Source: Armatimonadota bacterium
GTDB taxonomy: Bacteria > Armatimonadota > UBA5829 > DSUL01
Reading direction: 5' to 3'
Length of the DNA: 64,000 bases
NCBI GenBank assembly: GCA_052033935.1
Contig: JBPOJE010000011.1
Location: 75,814 to 139,813, forward strand
Shown: one piece after another, positions 28,351 through 38,300 of the stretch
Layout: the number at the start of each line of letters is the position of its first letter
Numbering within the stretch: position 1 is the stretch's first letter
Notes under the pieces: generated by a model
Databases searched by the model: none
Told to the model about the DNA's origin: nothing
Seen by the model: the letters and a program-made list of their open reading frames with translations, nothing else
Translations under genes and position numbers: made by a program

Positions 28351-30336
28351 CTATGGCCATGGGAAAGTGGGCGGGACGGCCCCGGTGACCCCGGCCACCA
28401 GCGCCCAGATAACAGCCATCCCGAACTCCCCCAGCACCATCCCGAGGAACCAGGGCCGGGCCTTGATATACAGACGCATGCCCCCGTACCGGATGATGGC
28501 GGTCTTCAGCAGCCACGCGATCAGGCACGAGAACCAGAATACGGTCATAGTCCACGACACGCACAGCGCGTAGCCGAGCGGGTGAAGCGGCCACCAGTAG
28601 AACGCCGAGCGAAGATACGACAGCAACAGCGTGAACGCAATGCCCACGGCAAACCAGATGCGCCCCTGCACCACAGGCGGGAGATTCTCGATCATCTGGT
28701 TCTCGATGTTCTTCATGGACCAGTAGTTGTTTCCGTTGTACGCGTAGGAGTAGAGCGACATACCCCCTTGCGTGTACGGCAGCCAAAGCTGAACAGCCCC
28801 GGCAATCAGCAGCGCGGACACCACGGCAATCGCGAACACCCTGCGGAACGACTTGCGGGGCGCATCGGTGCCATCCGAGATCTTCAGGCCATCCAAGAAG
28901 CCGGTCAGCAGAAGGCCGCGCTGGTCGCGCAGGAACGCGGCGTCCATGAAGCCAAGCATTGTGAGGTTGGCCGGGCCCAGCCCCGCCGAGGTGCCGAACA
29001 TCCGGTAGAGGTCCATCGGGCGGAACGAGGTCTCGGTCATCAGCATACCCGCCTCGGCCGTACTTCGGGCCATCACGATGGCGATGATGAAGATGAACAC
29101 ACAGAACTGGAGCATTGCCACCCAAACGGACATGCCCGCCAGCACGCACCAGCCGACGATCAGCGCCAGCCCGCCGAACAGCCCCCAGACAGCAACCCGA
29201 TAGGACAGAAGCTCCTGAGAGTCATCGGCCGGGCCCCGGCCAAAAGCGCCGGCGAAAACCCGCTTGAGATGGGGCCGCGCCACCCACAGGAGATATCCGG
29301 CCAGCACGACGTACGCTCCGGCGGTCTGGTATGCGACGAACAGATGCGTGCCATACACCGGCATCAGCTCGATCTCATAGCCCAGACTGGCGGCGACAAC
29401 GTCCTGAGCGCGCGCAAACAGCGCGAAGAACCAGAGCGAGAACAGAAGCTCGGACGGCAGCAGAAAGAAGAAGCCGACAGCCGCAAACGACAGGTAGATC
29501 GAGAACCAGTAGATCGAGTTCCAGGGCGGGTTGGGCATATACGTGTTCAGGAACACGCTGAGCGTGAACTGCGGAATGCTCGGGAACATGTTGTGCAGCC
29601 CGTTGATGGTGAACACCGCCGCGGGAAGCAGAACGCCCCCCCACATAAGCGGGTTCTTGAGGAGAGGCCGGCCCGATGACCCACGCGCCAGTTCCATCGG
29701 AAGCTGAACCAGAGGGAAGGGTAGCTTTTCGTTATCCACCCACTGCCTGCGCAGAATGCTCGCCATGCAGAGGAGCACGAAGATGACGAGCAGGATCAAC
29801 ACTCCCCACGCCGCGAGAGGAACGATCCACAGATCCCAGGGAATCGTCTCTCCCGACCAGAGCCGCTCGAAGAACCGAACCGCAACCTTCTGCTGCGGCG
29901 GGCCGGATGGGTCGTACGGCACCATCCACTTCTTGATGTGCGCATCGAAAAGCTCGTGCCAGCGGTTGGCTTGGTTGTGGTAGTAGTTGGGCGTGACGAG
30001 CAGCGGCAGCACCTTCTCCATAACGCCGCGCGACGAGATCATGGCTGCGACGACCATCATGCAGTAGATCATCAGCAGCTCGGTCGGCGTCAGCCCCAGA
30101 CGGCTCCCCAGCGCTCTGAGAGCGTTGTTGAGCAGCACCAGAAAGAAGAAGATGCCGATGACAGCGGGCGGCATCTGAAGGAAGCCGATCTGGATGCTCA
30201 TCAGCACGAGCTCGGCGTACGAGACGATGACGCAGACCGCCGCCACCAGCAGCAGTCCGAGCACGAGCGCGCGCGGCGAGATGCCGCGATTATTTGTGGC
30301 GAGCCGCGGCCCGCCGGTTTTCTGACCTTGTGTCAT
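28351..30336 (-). CDS. large polytopic integral membrane protein of unknown family (661 aa, at least 14 predicted TM helices)
   Basis: Dense hydrophobic helices throughout (e.g. LVLGLLLVAAVCVIVSYAELVLM, IGIFFFLVLLNNAL, WIVPLAAWGVLILLVIFVLLCMASIL). No recognisable MFS/ABC/SSF signature. Tightly packed between glycan-active genes. Confidence 0.6.
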   Translation of the reverse strand: MTQGQKTGGPRLATNNRGISPRALVLGLLLVAAVCVIVSYAELVLMSIQIGFLQMPPAVIGIFFFLVLLNNALRALGSRLGLTPTELLMIYCMMVVAAMISSRGVMEKVLPLLVTPNYYHNQANRWHELFDAHIKKWMVPYDPSGPPQQKVAVRFFERLWSGETIPWDLWIVPLAAWGVLILLVIFVLLCMASILRRQWVDNEKLPFPLVQLPMELARGSSGRPLLKNPLMWGGVLLPAAVFTINGLHNMFPSIPQFTLSVFLNTYMPNPPWNSIYWFSIYLSFAAVGFFFLLPSELLFSLWFFALFARAQDVVAASLGYEIELMPVYGTHLFVAYQTAGAYVVLAGYLLWVARPHLKRVFAGAFGRGPADDSQELLSYRVAVWGLFGGLALIVGWCVLAGMSVWVAMLQFCVFIFIIAIVMARSTAEAGMLMTETSFRPMDLYRMFGTSAGLGPANLTMLGFMDAAFLRDQRGLLLTGFLDGLKISDGTDAPRKSFRRVFAIAVVSALLIAGAVQLWLPYTQGGMSLYSYAYNGNNYWSMKNIENQMIENLPPVVQGRIWFAVGIAFTLLLSYLRSAFYWWPLHPLGYALCVSWTMTVFWFSCLIAWLLKTAIIRYGGMRLYIKARPWFLGMVLGEFGMAVIWALVAGVTGAVPPTFPWP

Positions 30337-32988
30337 CTACTCTGTGAATCTCTCAAGACACCCGGCAACGGCTTCCCGCACTTCGTAAAGACGGCCGGGG
30401 CCGGTCTCATAGTCAACCAGGGTGCGCACCAATCCGCGCGCTGAATCGAGCGCGGCACGGGCCTGCTTGAGCCGCTCGCTCTTCTCGCCCGCTTTCTCCG
30501 CCTCGCGCACTTTCTCCGAAAGCATCATCAGATAGTCGTAGTCTTCGATGCCCTCGCGGATCATCTCCCAGCGGATGGAGTCCATGGGGCCTTCCAGCAC
30601 CGGAGCCTCCGACGGCTTGCGGACTGCCGGATAGAGCAGACGTCCATCGCCGTTTCCAAACGGCGTGCCGTCGTCAGCATAACTCATCGGCGTCTCCCAG
30701 GGATCGCCCTTCCAGTAGGCCGTCTGCCAGTACAGCACCCCTGTGACGCCATACTTCCAGTTCATCCAGTGCAGAATTCTGTGGTCAATCGCCGGATAGT
30801 CTATGAAGTTGTTCGGGAACGGGTGCTTCGGCCCCACGCAGACATACCACCAGACTTCGTCGCCCTTCTTCTGAGCAGCCTTGCAGGTGAACTCGTTGTA
30901 GGCGTCCAGCACCGGCGTCCAGATGTCCACCCACCCTTCCAGCGCGGGCTCCGGCTGCTCGGTGAGGAGGATGCGCAGGCCGGGCGCAGCCTCTCTCCAG
31001 AGCCGGGATTCCGCTATCACATCTGCATACTGGTCCTCGTCCGGCTCGTCGAAGATATAGTTGTAGCCCTTCTCGAACCAGCCCTTGGCCTTCAGGTGAT
31101 CGGCGACCTGCCGCAGGAACTGCTTCTTCAACTCCGGATAGCCCTCTTCGCCGAAGCCGCGCCGGGCCACTCCGCGCATCCAGCAACCCGGCACGTTGAA
31201 GGCATTGACGAACGGCAGCCAGGTGTCGTGCCCGGCATCGTAAGCAGTCAAGTCCAGCTTCAGGACTCCGTCAACGACCTCCTCTCCGATGTCCCAGTAC
31301 CGCCGCCACGAGAACGGCGACACCCGGTGACGCAGGAAGTTTCGCCAGACGAGATCCGCAACCTTCTTCTTGTCTTCGATTTCGGTAACGCCCTGCCAGC
31401 GGCAGAGCGCGTCCACATCACAGCCGTACGCCGTCTGGAGATGCGGTATCACCGGCAGCGAGAAGCCCCACACCCGCAGCTTCACGGGAATCTGGAGCGG
31501 CTCTTCGCCGGAGGGTGCAATCGTCAGGCTGCCGGCGTATTCGCCCGACGCGGCACCATCCGCAACGTAAAGGATGAACCAGAGCGCCGTATTCCTGTCC
31601 GCCGGGATGCTCGCCGCATCGAGAGGCATCAGCGGGTCGGGGTAATCGCCCGGAAGGCAGTCCGGGCCCGTCGGCTCGGTAACAGGCACTGTGCCAACGA
31701 GGCGCACGCTCACGGAGTCTTTGCTGATGACAGCCGGACCCTTCAGATCGCTGAGACTCACCCGCAAGTCCTTCAGAGTGCGCGAAGGTCGCAGGACAAT
31801 CTGGAAAGGCTCATACTCGTTGCCCGCGCAGGAAACACGCACTGCGCCGCGACGTTCGCGCGGCGGCTCCTGCTGCGGCAGCACTTTGGTTGTCGCGTTC
31901 GCCTCCCAGACCGTGCCCCATTGCGTCCGGGCCAGAATCGCGCCGGTGGCGGCAGGCATAAGCGGTGGCATCTCCACGCGGAAGCTGGTGAGCAGGACAA
32001 CGCTTCCGCCTTCGCGCGGCGCCACCCAGACATCAACGAACGACCGGTGCGCCGGGGGTATCTCCACGCGCGCGGCAAGCCGGGCGGACGCCCAGCCGTC
32101 GAGCGACGCGCTGCCGCCCATAAAGCGCGACACACGGCCGGTTGCGGGGACTCCCACATCCACCCGGGCGGACGCCTGCAGCGTACTGGTGCCAGCGTTG
32201 CGCAGCCGCGCGGTCAGGACGGCCCGCCCCGGCCCGGCTATGAGCGGTGCCTGGGTGCCATCGTCGCGCAGAGGGCTTGCGTCCGCGAACAACACGTTGC
32301 CCATGGAATGCGCGTTCAGCACGGCTCCCACCCTGGGCATCCACGCCTGCCGCTCTTTCAGTTCCTGCTCGTTGCGCGCGAAGTTGGCGCGTATCGCCAG
32401 ACCCTTCGACGGCGAGACACCAAGCGACTTGAACGGGATGCGAATCTCCGCCGCCCAGCCGGACTCCGAGCGCGACGCTTTCGCGTCCCACTCACCGCTC
32501 CATCCGTAATCGGGAGTCGCGCCCGCAACCCCCTCCAGCCAAGCGAGTTTCTCGCCGGAAGCGGTTACGAAGAAATGGAGATAGTCCCTGCGGTCACGAT
32601 CGGCATCAATGAGGACTTCCACCGAATCGTTCCGCCAGATGTATTTCTCGTCCGTAACCAGATCACCCGTCCGTCTGTCCGCGCAATGAAAGCCCACGTA
32701 GAGGGCACTGGTATCGCGGCAGACGTGGACGGAGGTCGCTTTGCGCGGGCGGCCGCCCGCGGCAAGAGTGAGGCCCTGAATGGCGGGCCGTCCCCGCCAG
32801 CAGGCGTCCGTGAGGCTTCCATCGAGCACGGGAGCAGCAGCCGCCGGGGTTGTCCGGGCAACAGGGTCCGCCGTCACAACCGGCGCGGACGCGGCCCTGG
32901 CGCTCAGCATGAGCACAAGCAGGACGAAGGCCCCTCCAACGAGCGGAAGCCCCCGGAATTCGATTCGTTCTGATGTCAGGTGCTGCAT
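30337..32988 (-). CDS. secreted CBM9-like + DUF4091 domain protein (putative glycoside hydrolase)
   Basis: 883 aa. Signal peptide. N-terminal CBM9/DOMON-like module (SALYVGFHCAD ... WSGEWDAKASRSESGWAAEIRIPF). C-terminal DUF4091-like region (WWYVCVGPKHPFPNNFIDYPAIDHRILHWMNWKYGVTGVLYWQTAYW). Confidence 0.6.
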   Translation of the reverse strand: MQHLTSERIEFRGLPLVGGAFVLLVLMLSARAASAPVVTADPVARTTPAAAAPVLDGSLTDACWRGRPAIQGLTLAAGGRPRKATSVHVCRDTSALYVGFHCADRRTGDLVTDEKYIWRNDSVEVLIDADRDRRDYLHFFVTASGEKLAWLEGVAGATPDYGWSGEWDAKASRSESGWAAEIRIPFKSLGVSPSKGLAIRANFARNEQELKERQAWMPRVGAVLNAHSMGNVLFADASPLRDDGTQAPLIAGPGRAVLTARLRNAGTSTLQASARVDVGVPATGRVSRFMGGSASLDGWASARLAARVEIPPAHRSFVDVWVAPREGGSVVLLTSFRVEMPPLMPAATGAILARTQWGTVWEANATTKVLPQQEPPRERRGAVRVSCAGNEYEPFQIVLRPSRTLKDLRVSLSDLKGPAVISKDSVSVRLVGTVPVTEPTGPDCLPGDYPDPLMPLDAASIPADRNTALWFILYVADGAASGEYAGSLTIAPSGEEPLQIPVKLRVWGFSLPVIPHLQTAYGCDVDALCRWQGVTEIEDKKKVADLVWRNFLRHRVSPFSWRRYWDIGEEVVDGVLKLDLTAYDAGHDTWLPFVNAFNVPGCWMRGVARRGFGEEGYPELKKQFLRQVADHLKAKGWFEKGYNYIFDEPDEDQYADVIAESRLWREAAPGLRILLTEQPEPALEGWVDIWTPVLDAYNEFTCKAAQKKGDEVWWYVCVGPKHPFPNNFIDYPAIDHRILHWMNWKYGVTGVLYWQTAYWKGDPWETPMSYADDGTPFGNGDGRLLYPAVRKPSEAPVLEGPMDSIRWEMIREGIEDYDYLMMLSEKVREAEKAGEKSERLKQARAALDSARGLVRTLVDYETGPGRLYEVREAVAGCLERFTE

Positions 32989-33146
32989 ACGAACCTCCAG
33001 GGGTCACTTGTAGAACACTACTACCACACCGCGCCCCGTCTTTCAGCCTCACCCCTTCCCGAAAGGCGTCACCAGTCCTGCGAAAAGGCCCCGGCCGCCG
33101 CCGGGGCCTGGTGAATAGCGCCCTGATTGAATGTTGCGCGCGGCGG

Positions 33147-33953
33147 CTAATCGGCCCCGCCGGCTATTCTGTCGCGGGCCGCCGTTGCCGCCGCTACGCA
33201 GTCGGCGCAATACGTACTGAGACCCAGGACGTCCGCGCCCACGTTCACAAACCGGTATCCGAGCGCAAGGATATCCTCGACAGTATCCTGCGTGGCCGTT
33301 GTCCCGGCGAATTTCCCCGCCGCGAGGGCCGCATCGGCAACACGCTTGCGGGCATCAATCAGCCTGGGGTTTTTCGGGTCGCCGGGCGCCCCGATGCCAT
33401 GCCCGAAATCGGCAGGCCCGAAGTAGATGATGTCAATCCCCTCAACCCGCGCGATCTCCTCAACGTCATCGAGCGGTTCGGGATCCTCGATCTGCACCCC
33501 CACGAACCGCTTTTCGTTCGCGTCGTGAAGATACTCCAGATAGGGAACGTTGCAGTACGCGCCGTCGGCGTTTCCGCTGTCCACCGGGCGGCGGCCCACA
33601 GGGTGGAAGCGGGTCATGCGCACGACGTCACGCGCATCCTGCACGTTCTGGATATGCGGCACAAGAATGCCCGCCGCGTCCAGTTCGAGCGGGCGGATGT
33701 AGTCGCTGTAGCCCCCTCGCGATACACGCACCATCACGTCCGCGCCGTGCACCTTGGACGCGTAAATCTGCTGCTCGACCACGCTCCAGTCGCAAGCGGT
33801 GTGCTCCATGTCCACCCAGATGCAGTCAAAGCCCTTGAACGCGGCAATCTCCGCGACACGAGCGCAGGTCAGGTTGAGTTTGAACGAAAACGCGGCATCG
33901 CCCGCCCGCAGCTTCTGCAGGACACGGCTCATTCGCATATGCATTTGTGTCAT
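33147..33953 (-). CDS. HpcH/HpaI family 2-keto-3-deoxy-sugar-acid aldolase
   Basis: 268 aa; similarity to 2-keto-3-deoxy-L-rhamnonate / 2,4-dihydroxyhept-2-enedioate aldolases (FDCIWVDMEHT ... DIIYFGPADF). Confidence 0.8.
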   Translation of the reverse strand: MTQMHMRMSRVLQKLRAGDAAFSFKLNLTCARVAEIAAFKGFDCIWVDMEHTACDWSVVEQQIYASKVHGADVMVRVSRGGYSDYIRPLELDAAGILVPHIQNVQDARDVVRMTRFHPVGRRPVDSGNADGAYCNVPYLEYLHDANEKRFVGVQIEDPEPLDDVEEIARVEGIDIIYFGPADFGHGIGAPGDPKNPRLIDARKRVADAALAAGKFAGTTATQDTVEDILALGYRFVNVGADVLGLSTYCADCVAAATAARDRIAGGAD

Positions 33954-33994
33954 TTCCTCTGGGGAGGTATCTTACCGCGCCGGAGCAGGGTATT

Positions 33995-34687
33995 TCAATC
34001 GTCTTTGTGCGGCTGCCACGTACCGATGTGCGCAACCATAACCTCTTTTGCCCTCTCAACGTCCCTTGCCCGCAGCGCGGCGACAAGCTCCCGATGGCCC
34101 CGGGCAGCCGCGAACCGCCTCTCGCTGCCCACCAGCGTGCGCGCCTTCATGAAGAAGTTCACGAGAAACGACCCGAACTCCATCATCACCGGGTTCTTCG
34201 ACGCATCGAGCAGTTCCATATGGAAACTGAGATCCGCCTGCGTCCCGTCTTCGTGCGTCGGCGCGTTTTCGAGAGCATCCGTCAGATGGTCGAGACGCAA
34301 AAGCATCTCGTCGGTAATATTCGGGGCGGCAAGGTCGAGCGAACCGATCTCAACGATCAGCCGCGCCTCGATGAAATGCTGGACCACGGGCTCGTGGCGC
34401 TTAAGCACATACGAGATGTGATCCACGACGCTCGTGTAGTCGAAGTGCGACACATACATTCCGTCGCCGACTTTGATTTCGATGAGTCCCACCGCCTCGA
34501 GGGACTTCAGAGCCTCACGCAGTATGTTGCGGCTGACGTTGAGGCTGAGGGTCAGGTCCTTCTCCGATGGAAGGCGCGAGCCGGGGCCGAGGTTGTTCGT
34601 GGCGATGTAGTCCTTGATGGCATCCATCACCTGCGAAGTCAGATTCGTCCGCCTTACCGGCGTCATTGGTGTGCGTGTTGTCGGCAT
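33995..34687 (-). CDS. GntR family transcriptional regulator (FadR/FCD subfamily)
   Basis: N-terminal winged HTH (LPSEKDLTLSLNVSRNILREALKSLEAVGLIE) and C-terminal all-helical FCD-like domain. Confidence 0.8.
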   Translation of the reverse strand: MPTTRTPMTPVRRTNLTSQVMDAIKDYIATNNLGPGSRLPSEKDLTLSLNVSRNILREALKSLEAVGLIEIKVGDGMYVSHFDYTSVVDHISYVLKRHEPVVQHFIEARLIVEIGSLDLAAPNITDEMLLRLDHLTDALENAPTHEDGTQADLSFHMELLDASKNPVMMEFGSFLVNFFMKARTLVGSERRFAAARGHRELVAALRARDVERAKEVMVAHIGTWQPHKDD

Positions 34688-34850
34688 AAGTTATCACCGT
34701 GGCGCGTTCCTTGCGCCGCCAGGCCCTGGCCGGGTCGAGCGGGCCCCATCTACGCGCGCTACGTCGCACGCGCAAGCTCATTTGCGGCTTATCCGCACTG
34801 CTGGCGGACGTCCCGCGTTACTGCACTACCGGCCGTCCACTGCTCAAGAA

Positions 34851-35966
34851 CTACGGCTCGGCAAGAATCTCCACCTGGTCCACCGTCGAGGTCAACGTCG
34901 GCGGATCGGCCTGGTTGTCTAGCAGTCCCGTCGCCTTCACGAAGTCTCCCGGAAGAGCCACGCAGTTTTCGGCCACCACCTTGACGGTGCGGCCGGACTT
35001 GTCGTCAAGGAGGAGAAAGCTGTAATAATCGGTGTCCACGACCTCGCCGTACACCGTGAACTTGAAGAGCGTCTTCGCCTGCCCCATAATCGCATGCGTC
35101 GTGCTGCTGCCGCGCACGACTACGGTGGACATAAGCGGCGGCTCCAGGTCGTAGGTTGTCTCCACGCCGTTGATGCCTATTGTCAGCTTGTCCACGTAGG
35201 CGTTGATTCCGCAAGACTCGTGCCACCACGCGCCGTAACGGCTCTCAAGGGCTTTGCCCGAGCCGATCTTGATGCTGAGGCTCGTGCCCGACTGGTTGCC
35301 CACCTGCAGTTGCGCGTTCAGCGGGTCGTTGTAGTCGCCCACGACAGGCGCCTGCAGCTTCATGGTGCCCGCATCACCGTAGCGAGCCTTTACCCAGTCC
35401 CAGTTTCCATAGTAGTTCGAGCTGCCCGTCTGCATCAACTCCCAGTAGCTGTCCGAGGCGAGCAGGTCCCACTCCTGCCACGTCTGCATCAGATCGTTCG
35501 TGCTCCCGAGAACACCCCAGGGCCGGAACCAGAATACCCGCTGCTGCGGCTTGTGAGCACCGCCCACAGTGCCGCTGTCTGTCACCAGTTCGATCATCGG
35601 GGCGTGACCCCTGCGGTCGAAATCGTCAATGACCCGGTACTGCACGTAGGTCCAGTACTTGAGGCTGGTGATGCTGGAGAGCGGAATGCCGCTGAAGTCG
35701 TTGGTCCCGAAGTAGATCTTCGAGATCGGGTCCGTATCACTGTAGAACACCTGCATATGGAGGGCACCATCGCCCGCCGGTGCGCCGGGCGCGCCTACGA
35801 ACTCCATAACCGGCGTCCTGTTCGACGTGCCCTGCTGCGCGGCTCCGACCCAGTTGCCCATCTCTCCCGGCCGCACAATGACCGCGCCGGCCGCGATGGG
35901 CAGCACAAGGGCAACCGCCAGCAACGCGAGCCCCACACAAAGAATCTTCACCATCTCTCTCTTCAT
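34851..35966 (-). CDS. secreted hypothetical protein, paralog 1 of a two-member family
   Basis: Signal peptide MKREMVKILCVGLALLAVALVLP. C-terminal ~80 aa (FKFTVYGEVVDTDYYSFLLLDDKSGRTVKVVAENC ... DPPTLTSTVDQVEIL) conserved with 36269-37315. Confidence 0.5.
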   Translation of the reverse strand: MKREMVKILCVGLALLAVALVLPIAAGAVIVRPGEMGNWVGAAQQGTSNRTPVMEFVGAPGAPAGDGALHMQVFYSDTDPISKIYFGTNDFSGIPLSSITSLKYWTYVQYRVIDDFDRRGHAPMIELVTDSGTVGGAHKPQQRVFWFRPWGVLGSTNDLMQTWQEWDLLASDSYWELMQTGSSNYYGNWDWVKARYGDAGTMKLQAPVVGDYNDPLNAQLQVGNQSGTSLSIKIGSGKALESRYGAWWHESCGINAYVDKLTIGINGVETTYDLEPPLMSTVVVRGSSTTHAIMGQAKTLFKFTVYGEVVDTDYYSFLLLDDKSGRTVKVVAENCVALPGDFVKATGLLDNQADPPTLTSTVDQVEILAEP

Positions 35967-36268
35967 GTTCTTCACCTTTCCCGTCCTGTTGATGGAGGGT
36001 GCGAACACCGATCGGGGAAACTCCCCCGCGACAAGACTCAGGAAGGTTCGCCCCCGTCCCAAAGCCCGCCGTCCCTCAAGCACCTGCGGCAGCGCTTACC
36101 ATCGGCTCCGCCGAGCCAATGATACTACCTTTAGAATAAACCCGCGCGCGAGCCCCTGTCAAGGGAAAAAACGGGAAGTCTGGTGAAACTGGCGCGGCCT
36201 GAGTCTGGCTCGAAGAGGAAACGGGAGGAGGAGCCTGTCAGGGCAGCTCCTCCTCCCCGAGGGAATCG

Positions 36269-37315
36269 TTACGGATTGAACGGGTCGTACAGCACCTCTA
36301 TGTCGGCCGGTGCACTGCTCAGAGTAGGCGGATCCGTGAGGTTGTTCAGCCGTCCGGTCGCCCGGATGAAGGCGTCGGGCATGCCGAAGAAGTCCGCCGC
36401 CGTCACTTTGATGATCCGGTTGGAGCCGTCGTCAATCGTGACGTAGCTGTAGTAGTCCGAGTCAACAATCTTGCCGTACATCGTGAAGTTGAAGTTGCCC
36501 TTGGCATTACTCATGATCGGATCCAGAGCGTTCGCCCCGCGCACCACCACCGTCGGCAGGATCCGCATTTTCAAGTCGAACCGGGTTATCTCGCCGTCAA
36601 TGCCAACCTCAAACCAGTCCACGACGCCGCGCGCGGACGAGTAGTACTGGTTCATTTCGTTGTAGAGCGAGCCGGAGGCAACATTGAAGCTCTGACCGGA
36701 CGGCACTCCCCAGCCCTCCGCCGTCGCGTCAGTCACGAGCATCAAGTCGGGATAGGCAGCAAGCATGTCGGCGTAAGTGGCGAATCTTACGCCAATCCAG
36801 GGGATGTACCACTCGCCCGATGTAAGAGCATCGTACTCGTTCCACTGGCCCGGAAGCCTGGGCTGATTGACCCAGGGAAGCCAGATTGCCTCACGGCGGC
36901 TGAGATTGTCCGGAGTCTTCTGGAACACAAGATGGAACGAGGGCGGCTGCCAGTTCGAGCCGTCACCTTCGATCCCGTACGTGCGGATGTTGAGCGTGGT
37001 GATCTGGCTCGCCCTCTTCCCCGCGTAGTTGCCGGTGCTGATGCCGGCCCACGAGCGGCTTTCGGTTTCCGACCGCTTGGGGTTGAACTGGAAGCCTTCA
37101 GAGCCATCTTGCACGCGGTCCGACACGGAGGCTCCCACCTCGGACCCGTCCTTCACCGTCACCTTCCACCCGTTGGCCTCAAGATCCGCCAGCGACATCT
37201 CGAGGGGCACCACTACCGCGCCCGCCTGACCGGCCGTCAGCGCCAGCGCGCAGACAACAACAACTGCCAGCGTAGTCTTCACTTTCCTTCTCCTTTCCCC
37301 GGCCGGCTCTGCCAT
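36269..37315 (-). CDS. secreted hypothetical protein, paralog 2
   Basis: Signal peptide KVKTTLAVVVVCALALTAGQAGA. C-terminal FNFTMYGKIVDSDYYSYVTIDDGSNRIIKVTAADF ... DPPTLSSAPADIEVL matches paralog 1. Also a shared WxEWDxLxSxxW block. Confidence 0.5.
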   Translation of the reverse strand: MAEPAGERRRKVKTTLAVVVVCALALTAGQAGAVVVPLEMSLADLEANGWKVTVKDGSEVGASVSDRVQDGSEGFQFNPKRSETESRSWAGISTGNYAGKRASQITTLNIRTYGIEGDGSNWQPPSFHLVFQKTPDNLSRREAIWLPWVNQPRLPGQWNEYDALTSGEWYIPWIGVRFATYADMLAAYPDLMLVTDATAEGWGVPSGQSFNVASGSLYNEMNQYYSSARGVVDWFEVGIDGEITRFDLKMRILPTVVVRGANALDPIMSNAKGNFNFTMYGKIVDSDYYSYVTIDDGSNRIIKVTAADFFGMPDAFIRATGRLNNLTDPPTLSSAPADIEVLYDPFNP

Positions 37316-37568
37316 GGCCGGGTCAGAATCATTGCGTGATGGCTGCCCGGCGGCGCGCCGGGCTGAGCGCTCACGCCCGACTCGATGAAGCTTTTCGAAC
37401 ACCTGTAGAATGATACCACATCTGCGCACCCGTTACCTTCACATCTGACGGCTTATTCCAAATTTCACGACGGGCGCACCGGTGTTGCGGGGCAGCGCGA
37501 ACTGCCGCAAGATGTTCACACGGCGGCGAAAATGCGAGACGGACGCCCCTGCAAGGAGATATCTGGGT

Positions 37569-38273
37569 ATGAAGAGATCGGAGATCAACAGAAGCATTGC
37601 GATAGCCGCGAAGGCCTTTTCCGAGGCCGGGCTTCACCTTCCGCCCTTTGCGTTCTGGACGCCCGGGCAGTGGGCATCAAAGGGAGAAGAGGCCAACGAG
37701 ATTCGGTTCGCGCAGCTCGGCTGGGACGTGACGGACTTCGGGAGCAGGGATTTCCCGAACTGGGGCCGGACGCTTTTCACGCTGCGCAACGGCTACCGCG
37801 CGAACGGCGCTCCCACCAAGAGCTACGGCGAGAAGCTCATCCTCAACCTGCCCAATCAGAAGCCGCCCCTGCACTACCATCAGACGAAGAGGGAAGACAT
37901 CATCAACCGGGCGGGAGGCAACGTGCTGATCCGGCTGTTCAGCGCCACCCCGGACGGGCAGTGCTCAGACGAGGACTTCGACGTTCAGGTGAACGGCGAG
38001 ACGCTGCATCTGAAGCCGGACACGGTGCTGCGCCTCACTCCCGGCGAGAGCATCTGCGTCCCGCCCCGGCTGATCCATCAGTTCTGGGGCGAGGAAGGCA
38101 CCGGCTTTGAAGTCGAGGGCGTTCGGTGCGTCATCAGCGGTGAGGTCAGCTCATTCTGCGACGACTGGAGCGACAACTGCTTCCTCGCGCCTGCGGAACG
38201 GTTCCCCGCCATTGACGAGGACGAGCCGCGCCTGCGGTATCTCTGCCACGAGTATCCGGCGGCTGCGGGCTGA
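37569..38273 (+). CDS. D-lyxose/D-mannose ketol-isomerase-like cupin
   Basis: MKRSEINRSIAIAAKAF ... LPPFAFWTPGQW ... QLGWDVTDFG closely matches the N-terminus of Bacillus YdaE-type D-lyxose isomerases. C-terminal ~70-aa extension. Confidence 0.65.
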   Translation: MKRSEINRSIAIAAKAFSEAGLHLPPFAFWTPGQWASKGEEANEIRFAQLGWDVTDFGSRDFPNWGRTLFTLRNGYRANGAPTKSYGEKLILNLPNQKPPLHYHQTKREDIINRAGGNVLIRLFSATPDGQCSDEDFDVQVNGETLHLKPDTVLRLTPGESICVPPRLIHQFWGEEGTGFEVEGVRCVISGEVSSFCDDWSDNCFLAPAERFPAIDEDEPRLRYLCHEYPAAAG

Positions 38274-38300
38274 CAGGTGCGGCCACAAGGGCCACAGCTA

